The notes beneath the pieces were generated by a model. It had not been told where the DNA came from. It did not search any database and saw only the letters and a program-made list of their open reading frames with translations. Position numbers and translations under genes: made by a program. A DNA stretch of 62,602 nucleotides, from contig QPMI01000541.1 in the NCBI GenBank assembly GCA_004431415.1, positions 1-62,602 on the forward strand. Reading direction: 5' to 3'. The DNA comes from Cyanophora paradoxa CCMP329 (Eukaryota; Plantae; Glaucophyta). Shown here piece by piece: positions 24,641-36,551 of this stretch. Positions within the stretch are counted from its first letter, which is position 1, and each line of letters begins with the position of its first letter.

Positions 24641-27600
24641 ATGGCCAGAAGCATGGGACAGCGGCTGCGGTCCGCGGCGCCGGCTCAGATCCAGCCGCGC
24701 TCCTTCCGAGTGGACACTCGTATTCGCGTATCGATTCTCTGGTCCTTGACCATGCACATCGCCGCGGTCCTGGCTTTGAATTCGCAGCTTCGCTACGCAC
24801 ACGGTGCCTGGCTATAGGGCCTGGCGCATTAATAACTACGACTAAGGGCGCATAACAAATGCTCACTCTGCAGCTGCGGAAGCCGTGGCGGCCCTTTCGA
24901 ATGCGACGCTCACCCGACAATTGCAAGCCGACGAAGTTTGCATGACATTGACTCTAGATCTCAACTCTTCTGGCATCGCCGGCAGTGAGCCGCCTCGACA
25001 GTGGTGCGCGTGCTCCGCGGCCGCCGGGCGGCGTGGCCACGACCATATATACTCTTATATCATGATCAATATCAATATATATCGCGATCGGTGTTGATCA
25101 TGACGTCGGAGTACTAGTTAGCTTGCGATTGCGGGCACTTATACTCTCCACTGGGCCAGGCTCTTGTTCTCTTCAGCGGAATCGACAATAGTCTTCCAGC
25201 TCACGCGCATGTCGTCCAGAGCTGGCGAGTGTCTCCAGGTCCGGATCTCTTTACGTATACTGTGTTTAATTTGCGACCGCATGTATTGAAACGGCACCGC
25301 GCAGATTTATGACGGTCCAGACACCGCGAGCCCAAGTCTCACCCCTCCGAGCGGCCTCTGCGGCTCCGTCGATGTCGGTCCTCTGCCTTCTGGAGAGCAG
25401 ACGTACTTCGGTACAGGGTCAAGACTTCTGGTTGTATTCCACTTCGAATTCGACGCGGCCGCCGAGGGGTCGACCGCCGTGGTCGAGGCGAAGTATCGGC
25501 GAATGGGTGCGTGCACGTGCGCGCGCTTTTGATCGAAAAACAATTTGCTCGGATAGGTCCGGCCAGGCAGGAAGGGGGTTGCCCCCCTCCCCACGCGCCG
25601 ATGTTTCCAGCGCTAGCGGCTCGGCCGGACCGCCACGCGCTTTTAATTTATAATCGATATCGGATAAGCACCTTCGTCTATATATATACGACTCTCTTAT
25701 GATTAATCATGGATCCCGGTCGTCAACAGAGGGCCGCTTCAACAAGAAGCTAATTGCATCGGCCACACCGACTTTATTGAGTTTTTTGGACGGAGGCATC
25801 GACTCCCAGTGGTATTTGAATTTCCAATATTAATTCTGAAATCTATTCTTCACACAAGCTAGATCTAGATATTCCATTTAAATATTCACACGCGCAGGAT
25901 GATTGCAAGGGGGGAAGGGGGCCCCCTTGCTTCCCGTTCCCTCGCTTCAGCCAAAAGTTTTCTATGAGGCCGTTTTCGAGGGCCAGCTTGCAACGAAATT
26001 GTCGGTTATTCGCGATCCGATTGGCTCGGTGAACCGGTCAGCTCTCGACTTTCGAGCGTCGAATTCGAGGGGAAAAAGTGGTTTTCGAGGGGAAAACTAA
26101 CTTCTCTCTAACTCCGGTCTTCGAATTCCTTGCGCGGTTCTGCATGGAACCAGTTCTCCCTAGCTGTCTCCTCTAGATTTCGGCTTCCTCGCATGCGCAG
26201 TGCGTCGACGTCGCGTACGCCTTGCTCTTCGAATTCGCTGCGCGGTTCTGCATGGAACCACTTCTCTCTACCTGTCAACGTCTCCGGGATCCTCTAGATT
26301 TCCGCTTCGTCGCACTGCGCAGCCTACGCCGCAGGGTACCCGTGCTGCGTGGACTAATTTTCATTGCATCCAGCTTGCACCGCAGCGAGCACGCGCCGCT
26401 GCCTGCAGCTGAGCACGTGCACGCTGCCGGCACTCGTGCTTGAGCTTGCACGGGAAAACCGGTTGCGCCGCTGCCTAGCTGGGCCGCTGATCGTAGCCGA
26501 GGACAGGCCTTCGAGACCGTGCTCTCTCGCTGCGCTCGGGACGCCGCCGAATTCGAGCCTATATTGTTTACGGCGAGCCCTCTGCAGACAACACCATCAT
26601 CTTTTAGCCAGCTGTTCAGGGTTAGGGGTAGGCCGCGCGAACACAAATGATGCGCAGCGTTTTTCCGCTCCAGAACAATCTTTCATATACAGTGCGCTGA
26701 ATCTGGCCTTTCATTCACACTTTTCTTTATATATTCGGTTAGATCGCAGCGTCTGCATATCAGCCCTTTTCTATTCTTTTCAATCATATATAATATCTTT
26801 ACTACTTCAACCTGCCGCGCGCGCTGGGCCGGGGTCGAACTACATCTGCCCCGTGCATGTTCGTGCCACTACTACTCTTTCATTAGATCCCGATTCCCCC
26901 CTTGCACCCCCGGCGCGCCAAACGCGGCCGGGCCCCTAGTATTTGCGCCTTCGGGAAAGGAGATACAGCTCGAGTTTACGAGCCTCAATGCGTCTGGCGT
27001 CAATGTGAAGGTGCGCGTACGTATACCAAATGAAACGTATACATTTATGCATCTTGTGCTTGGTTGTATCGGAAAGACGCCGGCATCGTTCTTATTTACT
27101 CCCTTGTGTGTGTATACAGGTTTATAATATCGATGGAGGAGATGTGTGCTCCTGGCCATGGCCAGGAATTCGGGGCTCGATCTCGAGCTCGAGCTCGCGA
27201 CCGTTTTCGGAGCTCGCGTCGCTGAGGGGACCCCTGGCGGCAGCTGCCCTGCCCGAGACGACGTTCACAACGTCCTCAAACCTCGCCATAATCACCTATT
27301 TTCACGAAGAATGGTATTACGCCTTCATTGCAAGTAATGTGCAATCGCAGGGATTCAGTGTGAAATACAAAGGTGCACGTGGACGCCTTCCTGAAATTTA
27401 AATAGGGAGCGCTGGCCCATATGCATGGATTGGATCCCTGACCGCGTTGACGTCTGCGCATGCTCGCGTTCGTGCACGCAGCGATTCTCTCCTCGAGCTC
27501 GCAATTGTCTGCAGTGTCCGAAAAATGCCAAGCGTTAAATTACACGTTCACTTCACATGAACGTCTCGGTCCGGTAGAACATCATGAGCGCCAGTGGTGA

Positions 27601-30600
27601 GAAAAATCACTTTGGCTAGGTATTCACAAGCGAAGGTAATCCAACTTCAATTTACCACAGGAGGATCACTGCAAGTCAAAATAATGCTCGGATCATCTTT
27701 CAGCTCAACGGTTTCACAGCGCAATCAGCAATTGACTGCTTACACGTCCGTGATCCAGCTTGCGCACATTTCTTCCTGCAGCTATGTAATAAAATTGGAT
27801 TATCCTCTTGCTCACAATCAGATTTTCGACGGAAAAGAAATGGGGTCACCAGCTTTGACTCCTGCCGGCGGCCTGTGTGGCGGAAATCCCAGCATGAAAG
27901 CAGACGCGCTCCGCGGACAGCAAACTACGTTCGTGGGCACACGCGACGCGCTTGTGGTGGTACTTGTGCTCCGAAGCACGTCCTTGGGGGCTGGGTTTCG
28001 CGCTACGTACAGCAGCACGCGGCCAGGTCCGCCGCAGGCTACTAATTCTTAAGGATCCCGATTCGATCTCTGCCCTGCGCGTGCAATCGACCAGCTTTCG
28101 CTTTACCAAGTTGCAGACAAAACTTTTGTCGTGCTTTCGGCGCCACCATCTGCTATGGTTCTGAACGGACTTGTAAATTTAGAGCTCGGTCGGTTCGATG
28201 GCGCCACAAAGCAGTGGTAAGCGCATTCTCTTAAATGTCCATATGCATGCGCATGCTCGCGCTCTTCTGTACGTATACATGTACATATGCGCATGCATGT
28301 ACAGCACGTGAACATGCATATTTAACAGTTACGCTGACACGACATCGACAGGCTCATCGTCGTTCCGTACGGAGACAGTATTGAGGTTCAAATTACGAGC
28401 TTCAGTATCAACAAATTTGGTGACAATCATGTTGCGGTGCGCAAGAGTACCGCTGCTTCGAATTCGCCAGTTCATGAACTTTTAAGCTTCGAACTTCCTT
28501 GAACGGATCTTACTGAAATTGACCATGGGCCTCGCGATCGGCAGCTATACGAAAGTGTGTGTCCTGATCAGGAGCCGCTCGCAATATTTCGCAACAATTA
28601 TGCTTCGCCGAATCGCACTTACTTCACAACCTCTCAATTTTCTACTGCGATTCTTGTCGACTTCGAATTGAGCCCTTTCAACGCTTTCGCCGCCGATCCC
28701 AACACGTATACTATTGCTGGCTTCGAAGCCCGTTTCAGACTCCGAAACTCGAGTAAGCATATGCCTTAATATTCGACCTTGCTGATCATGAGCTGGCTCT
28801 TTCTAATTTTACGGGCACATCTACAGCCTCAAGTTTTCCGGGCTTAGGCGGATGCATCTTTACGAATCAAACGTGCTGGACAGGCGCGGATGCTTGTACG
28901 AGCACTGCAGCTGGATCGTTATCAGCGTCGACCTCGAGAAACCTCCGACACCTTGCAGGACATAAACCGATTCCGCGCGGTTCTGCTGGTGCATATGCAT
29001 GTCCCGTAGCATTATAATTACTTTGGAATTTCATTTCCCTGATTATTGTTATCTTGATTTGCCGCGCTGTTCTTCAGGCTACTGTGAGTGCGTACTTGGG
29101 CGCATCCGCACGGAGTGCCTGCCCCTCGAGTGTCCTGCGTTCACTTACGATGACCTCTGCCAGTCTCCCCTGAAGGCGTACCCCTCATGCGAAGGCTTTG
29201 AGAGCTTCCGCATGTCAACGCGGCTTCGAATTCTCACATCGGTTGCACGGCCGAGCCGCAAGGCCTATATGCAGCTAGCTTCTGCAGGCTACGGGACATC
29301 CAGATCAGACAGGGCCCTGATCCGGTATTCGATCCAGATGCTGCCAACGCCATCGGATCCGTGCGCTCAAGGAAACGACATCTCTTTGATGCAATTTCGA
29401 GACACGGGCGTCATCTCCGTCCAGGTCTCCTCCTCCTACCAAACAAACGCAGCCTGCAAGTCGGCTCGGTCTGTCCTCGCATCCTTTGCAATTTCGGCAA
29501 AGGACGAGTCGACGGGCGCGATGGACAGCCGTGTCTTCAACGTTTCCATCGGCATCGAAAGAAACCGACCATATGCATCCTGGACCACTCTTGGTCTGGA
29601 AGGAGACCCTCAAACTGGCATGGGAATTGGAGGTGTCGTAATGACCGCTCTCCTCGACGCCGACTTCGCTTCGTGGGACAAGTCGAGCTCTGACCATTTC
29701 GTCCGCGGTATCTACCGGGCGCTTCTAGACGACGACGCCATTATAGTCTACGACGTGAAAGCGGATCCGTCGTCCATGGATAGAAATTCGCTTCGGAAGA
29801 ACGCAGTTTCTGTCACATTCTCACTCTACGTGGATTGGAAATTGCCAAGTTGTGCGTCGCGGCTATATCTTGGAAATTGGCGCTGAGCTCTTGATCTTGA
29901 CTCGTTCATGATTATTTGGTATTGATGAGACCCCGAATTTGCGCAGACATGCTCTACACTGAGGCTGCAACTCTCTTAAAGAGTATGCACGAGGCCGGGA
30001 TGCTTGAGAGCGCAGCTGACCTCCCCTGGACCGTGAAAGACCTGTCGTACGCCTACAAGTACTTCCGTACGTCCGATGCTATATATATCTTACTGTTCCC
30101 TCGAAGAGCCACATGAATAACGCGTTTTTCTATTTTTGGATTTTCAACATGCGAAGAGCTCGATTCGAAGTCGTTTGCGGACGTGGCCGGCCCGACGCCG
30201 ACTGGCCCCATGGCTGGCGTCGTCGGCGGCAGCTTCGCCGTAATCGCCGTCGCCGCCGGCTCCGTTCTCTACGTCCAGCGGCGCCGCAGGCGCAACTGCA
30301 AGGCCGCGGACAGCATGCGAATGCTCCGGGTCGACGCCGCCGACGCCGTCGACGCCCGGACGCGCGAGGCGCACGCGCACGCGCACGCGCGCCCGTCCAC
30401 GCCCACGGCCGCCACTGACATTCTCGACCCCGTCGACGTGGAGAGCGGCCGAGGCCACGGCCGCGGTCCGGGGCCGGAGCTCGATCCGGGGGCGGGGGCC
30501 GGCGCCCTGGGCCTGTCCCCGTCCGACCTCGCCCTCGCCATCGATCGCGACGAGCTCGGGGGCTCGAATTCGAAGCTCGAGGGCGATCGCGAGCTCGAGG

Positions 30601-30626
30601 AGGGCGCCGTCGACGTCGAGGCTTGA
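24641..30626 (+). CDS. Type I membrane protein with several CUB-like domains (multi-exon)
   Basis: CUB-like exons IYDGPDTASP...LCG...LLVVF (25307), IFDGKEMGSP...LCG...GFRATYS (27821), ...GFEARF (28720). TM GVVGGSFAVIAVAAGSVLYV followed by RRRRR (30215-30295). Ends ...VDVEA* at 30626. 5' end uncertain. Confidence 0.7.
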
Positions 30627-30710
30627 CACATATTGAAAAACGAATTTAAATCCCTCCGCTTCGCGCTTCGCGCTTCGCTCCTGGATTTAAATTCGTTTTT
30701 CAATATGTGT
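30626..30710. other. Terminal hairpin: perfect 28-bp stem, 29-nt loop containing (GCTTCGC)3
   Basis: ACACATATTGAAAAACGAATTTAAATCC (30626-30653) pairs with GGATTTAAATTCGTTTTTCAATATGTGT (30683-30710); GCTTCGC at 30658, 30665, 30672. Confidence 0.95.
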
Positions 30711-31030
30711 TAATTTAATACTAAAATACATATTTTTCGATTAATTTCTTTAACTTTTTATGCAAACTTTGTATAAAATAATGCAAACTTTGTATTAAAA
30801 ACGAAAACGCGTTTTCCAAAATGCATATTTTCGATTAAACTTCGATAGATTCAATTGATCTTATATCGATTGATTATGTACTTTGTTGTTTACATACAAA
30901 TCTGCGATAGATTAACATTAAACTACTTAAAGATCGATATAATCGCGATTAAATTGCATAAATTCGCATAAACTCGATATATCTCTCATGTATTGAAGTA
31001 GACCACCGCCCATTCTGTATCGAAAAACGC

Positions 31031-31290
31031 AAAAAGTGTCACAGAGTTGCATTGTGTCCAATTGAACAATCGATGAGATTGCTGATGTACATTTTTGCAC
31101 CGAAAAAGTGTCACAGAGTTGCATTATCTCCAATTAAACAATCGATTAGATTGCGGGATTTTCTATTGGAATATATCGGAACTGCATGGTCTCCAATTAA
31201 ACAATCGATGAGATTGCGGATGTATATTTTAGATTGAAAAAAGTGTCACAGAGTTGCATGGTCTCCAATTGAACATTCGATTAGATTGCA
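31031..31290. repeat. Four ~65-70-bp imperfect direct repeats inside the TIR
   Basis: TGCAT..TCCAATTRAACAATCGATKAGATTGC four times, three of them preceded by AAAAAGTGTCACAGAGT. Confidence 0.85.
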
Positions 31291-31402
31291 TATGTTCTAT
31301 AAAACAGAATAATTGAGATCAAGTGTGACAGGTAGTATTCAAATGATATTCAGTAAGAGATAGTTTTGTTTTTGAGAAAGTCAGTAAGAGGGGTGGAATG
31401 TC

Positions 31403-31840
31403 TGTGACGCCTGTGACGGCTGTGACGCCTGTTTTCAGAAGTCTGTCATTTTTGAAAATTTTAAAAAGTTTGAAAGTAGGTGTCACAGGCGTCACAGGCG
31501 TCACACTCAATTAAATTAGGTGTCACAGCAAAATTGCAGACCATTTCCAGTAAGACAACTTCGCATTTTCAAAAAGGTTGATTAATGGATAGTGTTTTGT
31601 AGGTGTCAGAGGTGTCACAAGACGGATTTCAGTAAGACAAGAATATATTTTTGAATATCTCAGTAAGAGAAAGAGATTCCATTTTTAATTGGGTGTGACG
31701 CCTGTGACGGCTGTGACGGCTGTTTTCAGAAGTCTGTAATTTTTGAAAATTTTAAAAAGTTTGAAAGTAGGCGTCACAGGCGTCACAGGCGTCACAGTCA
31801 ATTAAAGAGGCGTCACAGTCAATTAAATAGGTGTCACACC
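31403..31840. promoter_or_regulatory. Two iteron cassettes in the left TIR (putative replication origins)
   Basis: 9-bp-period TGTGACG repeats, an A/T-rich core (TTTTGAAAATTTTAAAAAGTTTGAAAGT), then inverted GTCACA repeats, at 31403-31527 and 31694-31838. Origin function is inference. Confidence 0.6.
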
Positions 31841-32004
31841 CGATTATCTGACCATTTTCAGTAAGACCATCTGAAATTCTGAATTTCTCAGTGTCAACTA
31901 ACTCGGAAATCGCAATACTCTATGTTTCTTCGATTTCTCCAACCCTGAAAACACACCTGTTATTCTCTCATCTATCTCATGAGATACTCTCGTTTCGCCA
32001 AAAA

Positions 32005-32295
32005 ATGACAAACGATTTCCCATCATGCTGTAAAGGAAACATGCCGATTAACCAGCAGTATTACAATTATTATGGGCATTACTTCTTGATTGTCAAGAAA
32101 CTCCAAGAGCATTATGAGATCTTCCAAGAGATGGGATTGCGAATTACAAGGAGATCAACCCTTTGTAGTTTCTTGAAAAAGAATGGTGCTAAATGGGATA
32201 AGACAATTCGCAAATGGTATACAGAAGATCCCAAGAGTCCCCTTCTGGATGTTTTCGAAACAGTGAATTTGAATCGGTTTAATCATTACCAATAG
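32005..32295 (+). CDS. Small protein with DUF5710-like motif
   Basis: C-terminal LKKNGAKWDKTIRKWY matches the K..GA.WD...K.WY pattern. ATG at 32005 lies just inside the unique region. Confidence 0.55.
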   Translation: MTNDFPSCCKGNMPINQQYYNYYGHYFLIVKKLQEHYEIFQEMGLRITRRSTLCSFLKKNGAKWDKTIRKWYTEDPKSPLLDVFETVNLNRFNHYQ

Positions 32296-33211
32296 CCAGA
32301 AACTCCAACTGGAATGAGTTGTCAATTCCATTCATATCAACAAGATCACCATAATAATCGCGAAACTCAACTGTTAACTCTCTAATCACCAGGTTTCGAT
32401 CGGTTATTTTTATGTATTCACTGTGCTCTCCACTGTGATAAACATACTGCCCAATATCTTTACTTAACTGCAATCTGAGAATCGCCCCTTGATTCTGTGG
32501 TTGTGATCTTGGGACAATATTGTGGTTTGTAGCAAATGGGGAGAGTTCTTTAATGTGCATGTATAAATACTGTTCTGCATTCATGTCTGTCATCTTGGCT
32601 GCTTCTAACTTGTAGTTTAAGCGAGATGCCTCGAATTCATATCCTATAAATGTAATTCCCCATTGGGGATGGTTTGGGGTGATTGGGATTCCTGCAAAAT
32701 AGAGGAAATTCTCGGGGGCATATAAAGACCTTGCAGACTCTGGGAAATCGTAGGTTTGCTCAATTGAAGCGACCCACTCCACAGAACTAACCCCAAGAAG
32801 TTTACCCAATCTCTGTGTAGATGCTACCATCTCAAATTGAACATTACTGTAAAACTCCAATTTGTAGGAGGTAGGATTGTAGTAGACCTTGAATGCATAT
32901 GTGAGATTGTTGCTCCCAGTAAATGTGAAATTCAGACCATAATTATATGGACTGGTGACCCCGAAATGCCCTTGATTAATATAACCACTTGGGAGAAGGT
33001 ATACCTGTTTTGTTTCAGAGATGCCTTGGTAGTAGAATCTGACAAGAAGGTGGTCTGTTCCAATGGAGTTATAGATGCTGTTGGGGATTTCTGCATACAA
33101 AACTCGACATTCTCTTGGTTTTGTCACTGGGGTTGTGAGTGAAACTTTGTAGGAGTTTTCTCTTTGTCCATCTGATCGGTCTCTGCTATCTATATTGACC
33201 AGCCGAATCAT
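32279..33211 (-). CDS. Minor capsid (penton-like, single jelly-roll) protein 1
   Basis: N-terminal IDSRDR, AEIPNSIYN, YLYMHIKEL and C-terminal LTVEFRDYYGDLVDMNGIDNSFQLEF are typical of PLV/virophage/NCLDV pentons; adjacent to the MCP. Confidence 0.85.
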   Translation of the reverse strand: MIRLVNIDSRDRSDGQRENSYKVSLTTPVTKPRECRVLYAEIPNSIYNSIGTDHLLVRFYYQGISETKQVYLLPSGYINQGHFGVTSPYNYGLNFTFTGSNNLTYAFKVYYNPTSYKLEFYSNVQFEMVASTQRLGKLLGVSSVEWVASIEQTYDFPESARSLYAPENFLYFAGIPITPNHPQWGITFIGYEFEASRLNYKLEAAKMTDMNAEQYLYMHIKELSPFATNHNIVPRSQPQNQGAILRLQLSKDIGQYVYHSGEHSEYIKITDRNLVIRELTVEFRDYYGDLVDMNGIDNSFQLEFLAIGND

Positions 33212-33239
33212 TTTAATATATGTTTATAGATAAAAGAAG

Positions 33240-34250
33240 ATGCCTGTGGATTACATCGAAGTGAGCTCTTTCAATACAATTTCGGGAGATGGACCAACTT
33301 CGAGTTTTATTGCTCGCCTCCCCAGCACCTATGAATTTGTGAGAGCAGTAAGACTGGTTTCAGCAGAATTCTATAACAGCATTCCCATGGTGAGTGGTGA
33401 AACCAAAGTAGGAGATGTGACAATAGATAATGCAATCTACCTTTATTGGTCTGAATATTATTCTGGTGCAGGAAGCACTGGTATTCCAACTGATCGACCT
33501 GCTGCTGATTATGAATCATGGAAACACATTGTGATAAGTCGCAGCACACCCATTCAAAACCACCAACAACTGGTGAATGTAATTAACTCCAAATTTGCAT
33601 TGAGAGAACCAGCAGTAGCTATTCGTTGCAAATGGGATGATACACTGAAACGAGTTATATTCCATTCAACCATACCGTTTTACCTGGCTTTCTCAACCGC
33701 AATTAACCCAACCCAGGCACAGATTCAGAGGTTTTTGAGTTCTGCTCGACTGCTTGGTCTTGATCCTGGGAGATATGGTAACACACCAATCCAATCACAG
33801 GTGTATGATGCTCTGACTGATGGTATCTTTACTGGGTCGATGGTGCATGGTATTATATCTTCATTTGAACCCGAGAAGACCAGGGATAGTGTCCTATTTG
33901 TGAGAGTAAAGGAGCTGGGTGATCTTGTGCAATGTGGTGATGGTCTCCTCACTGGATATTTCCACAAAATCGTTGTTCCTGATAAAGATTATGGTGAGCA
34001 TGTCGTTTATAATTCAACAGAAGCCCATCCGATTTATAAATACTATAACAAGAATCTGGGACTTTCCACATTTTCGGTTGATATTGTGAATGCAGTTAAT
34101 GAACCAATTGATTTCGAGGGTCAACCTGTCCACCTCACCTTCGAAATTCGATATGGTGATGAACCTGCTGGTGATCCTGTGTATGAATATTTCAAGAGGA
34201 GGATGGCGGAAACACATCCATCTTATCCGGTTATTGCGAGTTTTGCGTAA
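33240..34250 (+). CDS. Minor capsid (penton-like) protein 2
   Basis: Same motif skeleton: VRAVRLVSAEFYNSIP, VLFVRVKEL, FSVDIVNAVNEPIDFEGQPVHLTFEI. Confidence 0.8.
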   Translation: MPVDYIEVSSFNTISGDGPTSSFIARLPSTYEFVRAVRLVSAEFYNSIPMVSGETKVGDVTIDNAIYLYWSEYYSGAGSTGIPTDRPAADYESWKHIVISRSTPIQNHQQLVNVINSKFALREPAVAIRCKWDDTLKRVIFHSTIPFYLAFSTAINPTQAQIQRFLSSARLLGLDPGRYGNTPIQSQVYDALTDGIFTGSMVHGIISSFEPEKTRDSVLFVRVKELGDLVQCGDGLLTGYFHKIVVPDKDYGEHVVYNSTEAHPIYKYYNKNLGLSTFSVDIVNAVNEPIDFEGQPVHLTFEIRYGDEPAGDPVYEYFKRRMAETHPSYPVIASFA

Positions 34251-34304
34251 AATCAAGGATCATTGGTGAATTTTTTATGTTGCAGTATAATAAAAGAGAT
34301 AATC

Positions 34305-35678
34305 ATGGATATTACTTCGACCCTCCAACGTCTTTCTCTGAAAGAAGCTCTAACAACCCCGGAAGAAGCCAAGGCGTTCTTCTTGGACAACTCTCTCATG
34401 CTTGGTCTTGAATCCAAGTCGAAGCCAGTTCTTGTTGTTGTGAACCCAAGCAACACTTTCGAGAATAATGCTGGAAATCGCATTTCTTTCAAGCTCCCTC
34501 GCTACAATTTCTGTGGAAAACTCGAACTTGCGTTTGACCTTCCAGCTGTCACTTTTGCTGGTGATACCGACCTTGTTCGCAATGGATACGTTCGCCCAGT
34601 TGGTGCTCTTGTCTCTCGACTTGAAATCACCTATGGATCTTACACTTTCCATGTGCCTTCTGATTTCCTTGCTCATTTCCCTCTTATCTATTACAGTGAG
34701 GATCAACTCGCCAAGAAGAAGCGTTCAATGGGTATGGTTCATGGTATCCCTGCCCATGGAACCAACCGACTTGGTGGGTCATTTTTCACTGAAATCCCAG
34801 TCCCATGGCTAAACCATTACCTACCTCTTGGTGCTCTCTCAGGAGAAATGGTGGTAACTGTCTGGTTCAAGGATGCTGGAAAGGGTTATGTTGAGACTTC
34901 TTATGGTGGTCGTACTCTTCCTGTTGTTGGTGGAACAGCTGCTGATAAGACAGAGGATGATGGACTTGGTGCTACTGCTAATGCTACTCTTGCCCATGTT
35001 GGTCAACAAATCACCACTTTTGGAATTGGTGCAACAACAACCCCCGAAATTAAAGTCACTTCTCCTCGTCTTTACATGCATGCTATTAATGTTTCTGATG
35101 AACTGTTTGCTACTGTCATTGAGAAGGTGAAGACCACTGGTATGGCTATTCCTGCTCTGGATATTGGTTTCGTAGACAGTGTCAATTTTGCTGCAAAAGG
35201 CAATGCTCAACCAAATCGTATTAACCTGTCACAGATCTCTGGTCTTGTCTATGGTCTTCTTGTTTCAGTTCGTGATGCCGCAGGTATTGATGGTTTCAAT
35301 GGTTCCCACAGTGTCCTAAAAACGCATGCTAACTCAAAAGACATTACTTTCACTGTTGAAATTAATGGTCAACGTCTCTATGCTACTGAGCCAATTCCTC
35401 TCCTCAAAGGTGCCGAATTAATTGCGGATGCCTTCAAGTGCTCGAATATGGACAAGGTTGCAGACAAATATGTCCTCAGTGGTCTACCATTCTGTGTTGA
35501 TGGAGAGAAAGCGATTCGCAACATTGCCCAGTCTGGCTATGTTGATCTCACGAACTCCTCCTCTTCTTTCCTTACTCTATACATGCCTTCTGACCAGACA
35601 ATCACAGTTAATGTTCGTGCTCTCATGCACAGTTTCATTATTGTTGACAAAGATGGTTTAAGGCGAATCAATCTCTAA
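34305..35678 (+). CDS. Major capsid protein (double jelly-roll), 457 aa
   Basis: Size, beta-rich composition, N-terminal ISFKLPRYNFCGKLELAFDLP / LVSRLEITYG / FFTEIPVPW...YLPL pattern resembling DJR capsids; located between pentons and the packaging ATPase. Confidence 0.8.
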   Translation: MDITSTLQRLSLKEALTTPEEAKAFFLDNSLMLGLESKSKPVLVVVNPSNTFENNAGNRISFKLPRYNFCGKLELAFDLPAVTFAGDTDLVRNGYVRPVGALVSRLEITYGSYTFHVPSDFLAHFPLIYYSEDQLAKKKRSMGMVHGIPAHGTNRLGGSFFTEIPVPWLNHYLPLGALSGEMVVTVWFKDAGKGYVETSYGGRTLPVVGGTAADKTEDDGLGATANATLAHVGQQITTFGIGATTTPEIKVTSPRLYMHAINVSDELFATVIEKVKTTGMAIPALDIGFVDSVNFAAKGNAQPNRINLSQISGLVYGLLVSVRDAAGIDGFNGSHSVLKTHANSKDITFTVEINGQRLYATEPIPLLKGAELIADAFKCSNMDKVADKYVLSGLPFCVDGEKAIRNIAQSGYVDLTNSSSSFLTLYMPSDQTITVNVRALMHSFIIVDKDGLRRINL

Positions 35679-35740
35679 AACCATGATCAGTAACGTTTCG
35701 TTATTTTTATCTATCTTTAATAAGAAAGATCTACAAAGCC

Positions 35741-36523
35741 ATGAACGACTTAGAGGAGTTTAATGCAGGTGAAATGATTAACCCACCATTTCGTGCTCTT
35801 TTCATAGGAAAGTCTGCAACAGGCAAGTCAGAATGTGTGAAATATTGGTTGAAACAGCTGCATGATGCGAAAAAGTTAGATGTTGTTCTTGTTATAAGTG
35901 GGACGAGTTTCAATCATTTTTGGGATGATGTCGCAACACTGCAACTGGGAAAATGGGATGCTGCTTACATTTCCAAATTACTGGATGAAAGGCAAGAGAA
36001 AATAGAAAAGGGCGAGCCAGTTAACCAATTGTGTATTGTCCTTGATGATTTAATAGATAATGAGATTGTAGACCTTACTCGTGATAAAATTATTGGCTCT
36101 CTGTATTCGCGCGGCCGCCATTCCTCGATTACAATTTTCTGCATAACTCAGAAATTGCGTAAGGTTTCTTCAACAATTCGAGTAAATTCGGATTATGCTG
36201 TGTTCCTGAGTGCTGCAAATCGCAAAGAACTCGAAGCCATTGAAGAGGAGTACAATATCATGCGAAACAAGGACGATTTCTATAAGATGTTTGAGGAGTA
36301 TGTACACTCCTACCAATATATTGTGTGGTCTTCTGCGAATTATTCGGTGAACTATTATGTTGATAAAGCGGATCTGGTCAAAGATTTCCCATTTCCTCGG
36401 TTCCACAGGAAGCCCAAAAAGAAAGAGGACGAACTACCACCTCCACAGAAAGAGGAAGCCCCCAAAGAGGTCAAGAGTGGTGTTCATTCGAATAAACTGA
36501 TGCGATATAAGAGAGGTTTGTAA
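35741..36523 (+). CDS. A32/FtsK-like genome packaging ATPase
   Basis: Walker A GKSATGKS, Walker B LCIVLDD, RGRH motif, ITQ...IRVNSDY. Confidence 0.93.
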   Translation: MNDLEEFNAGEMINPPFRALFIGKSATGKSECVKYWLKQLHDAKKLDVVLVISGTSFNHFWDDVATLQLGKWDAAYISKLLDERQEKIEKGEPVNQLCIVLDDLIDNEIVDLTRDKIIGSLYSRGRHSSITIFCITQKLRKVSSTIRVNSDYAVFLSAANRKELEAIEEEYNIMRNKDDFYKMFEEYVHSYQYIVWSSANYSVNYYVDKADLVKDFPFPRFHRKPKKKEDELPPPQKEEAPKEVKSGVHSNKLMRYKRGL

Positions 36524-36551
36524 AATAATCTCTGCTTCTAATAAATATACA

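Larger units (their letters stand above)
30626..31993 (+). repeat. Left terminal inverted repeat (~1,368 bp)
   Basis: Reverse complement of 56918-58265; the differences are almost all single-base indels. Confidence 0.95.

Noticed and set aside
31319-31510. ORFs with VTPVTP or RRHRRH repeats in the TIRs (also 57044-57560)
   Set aside because: Translations of the 9-bp iterons.
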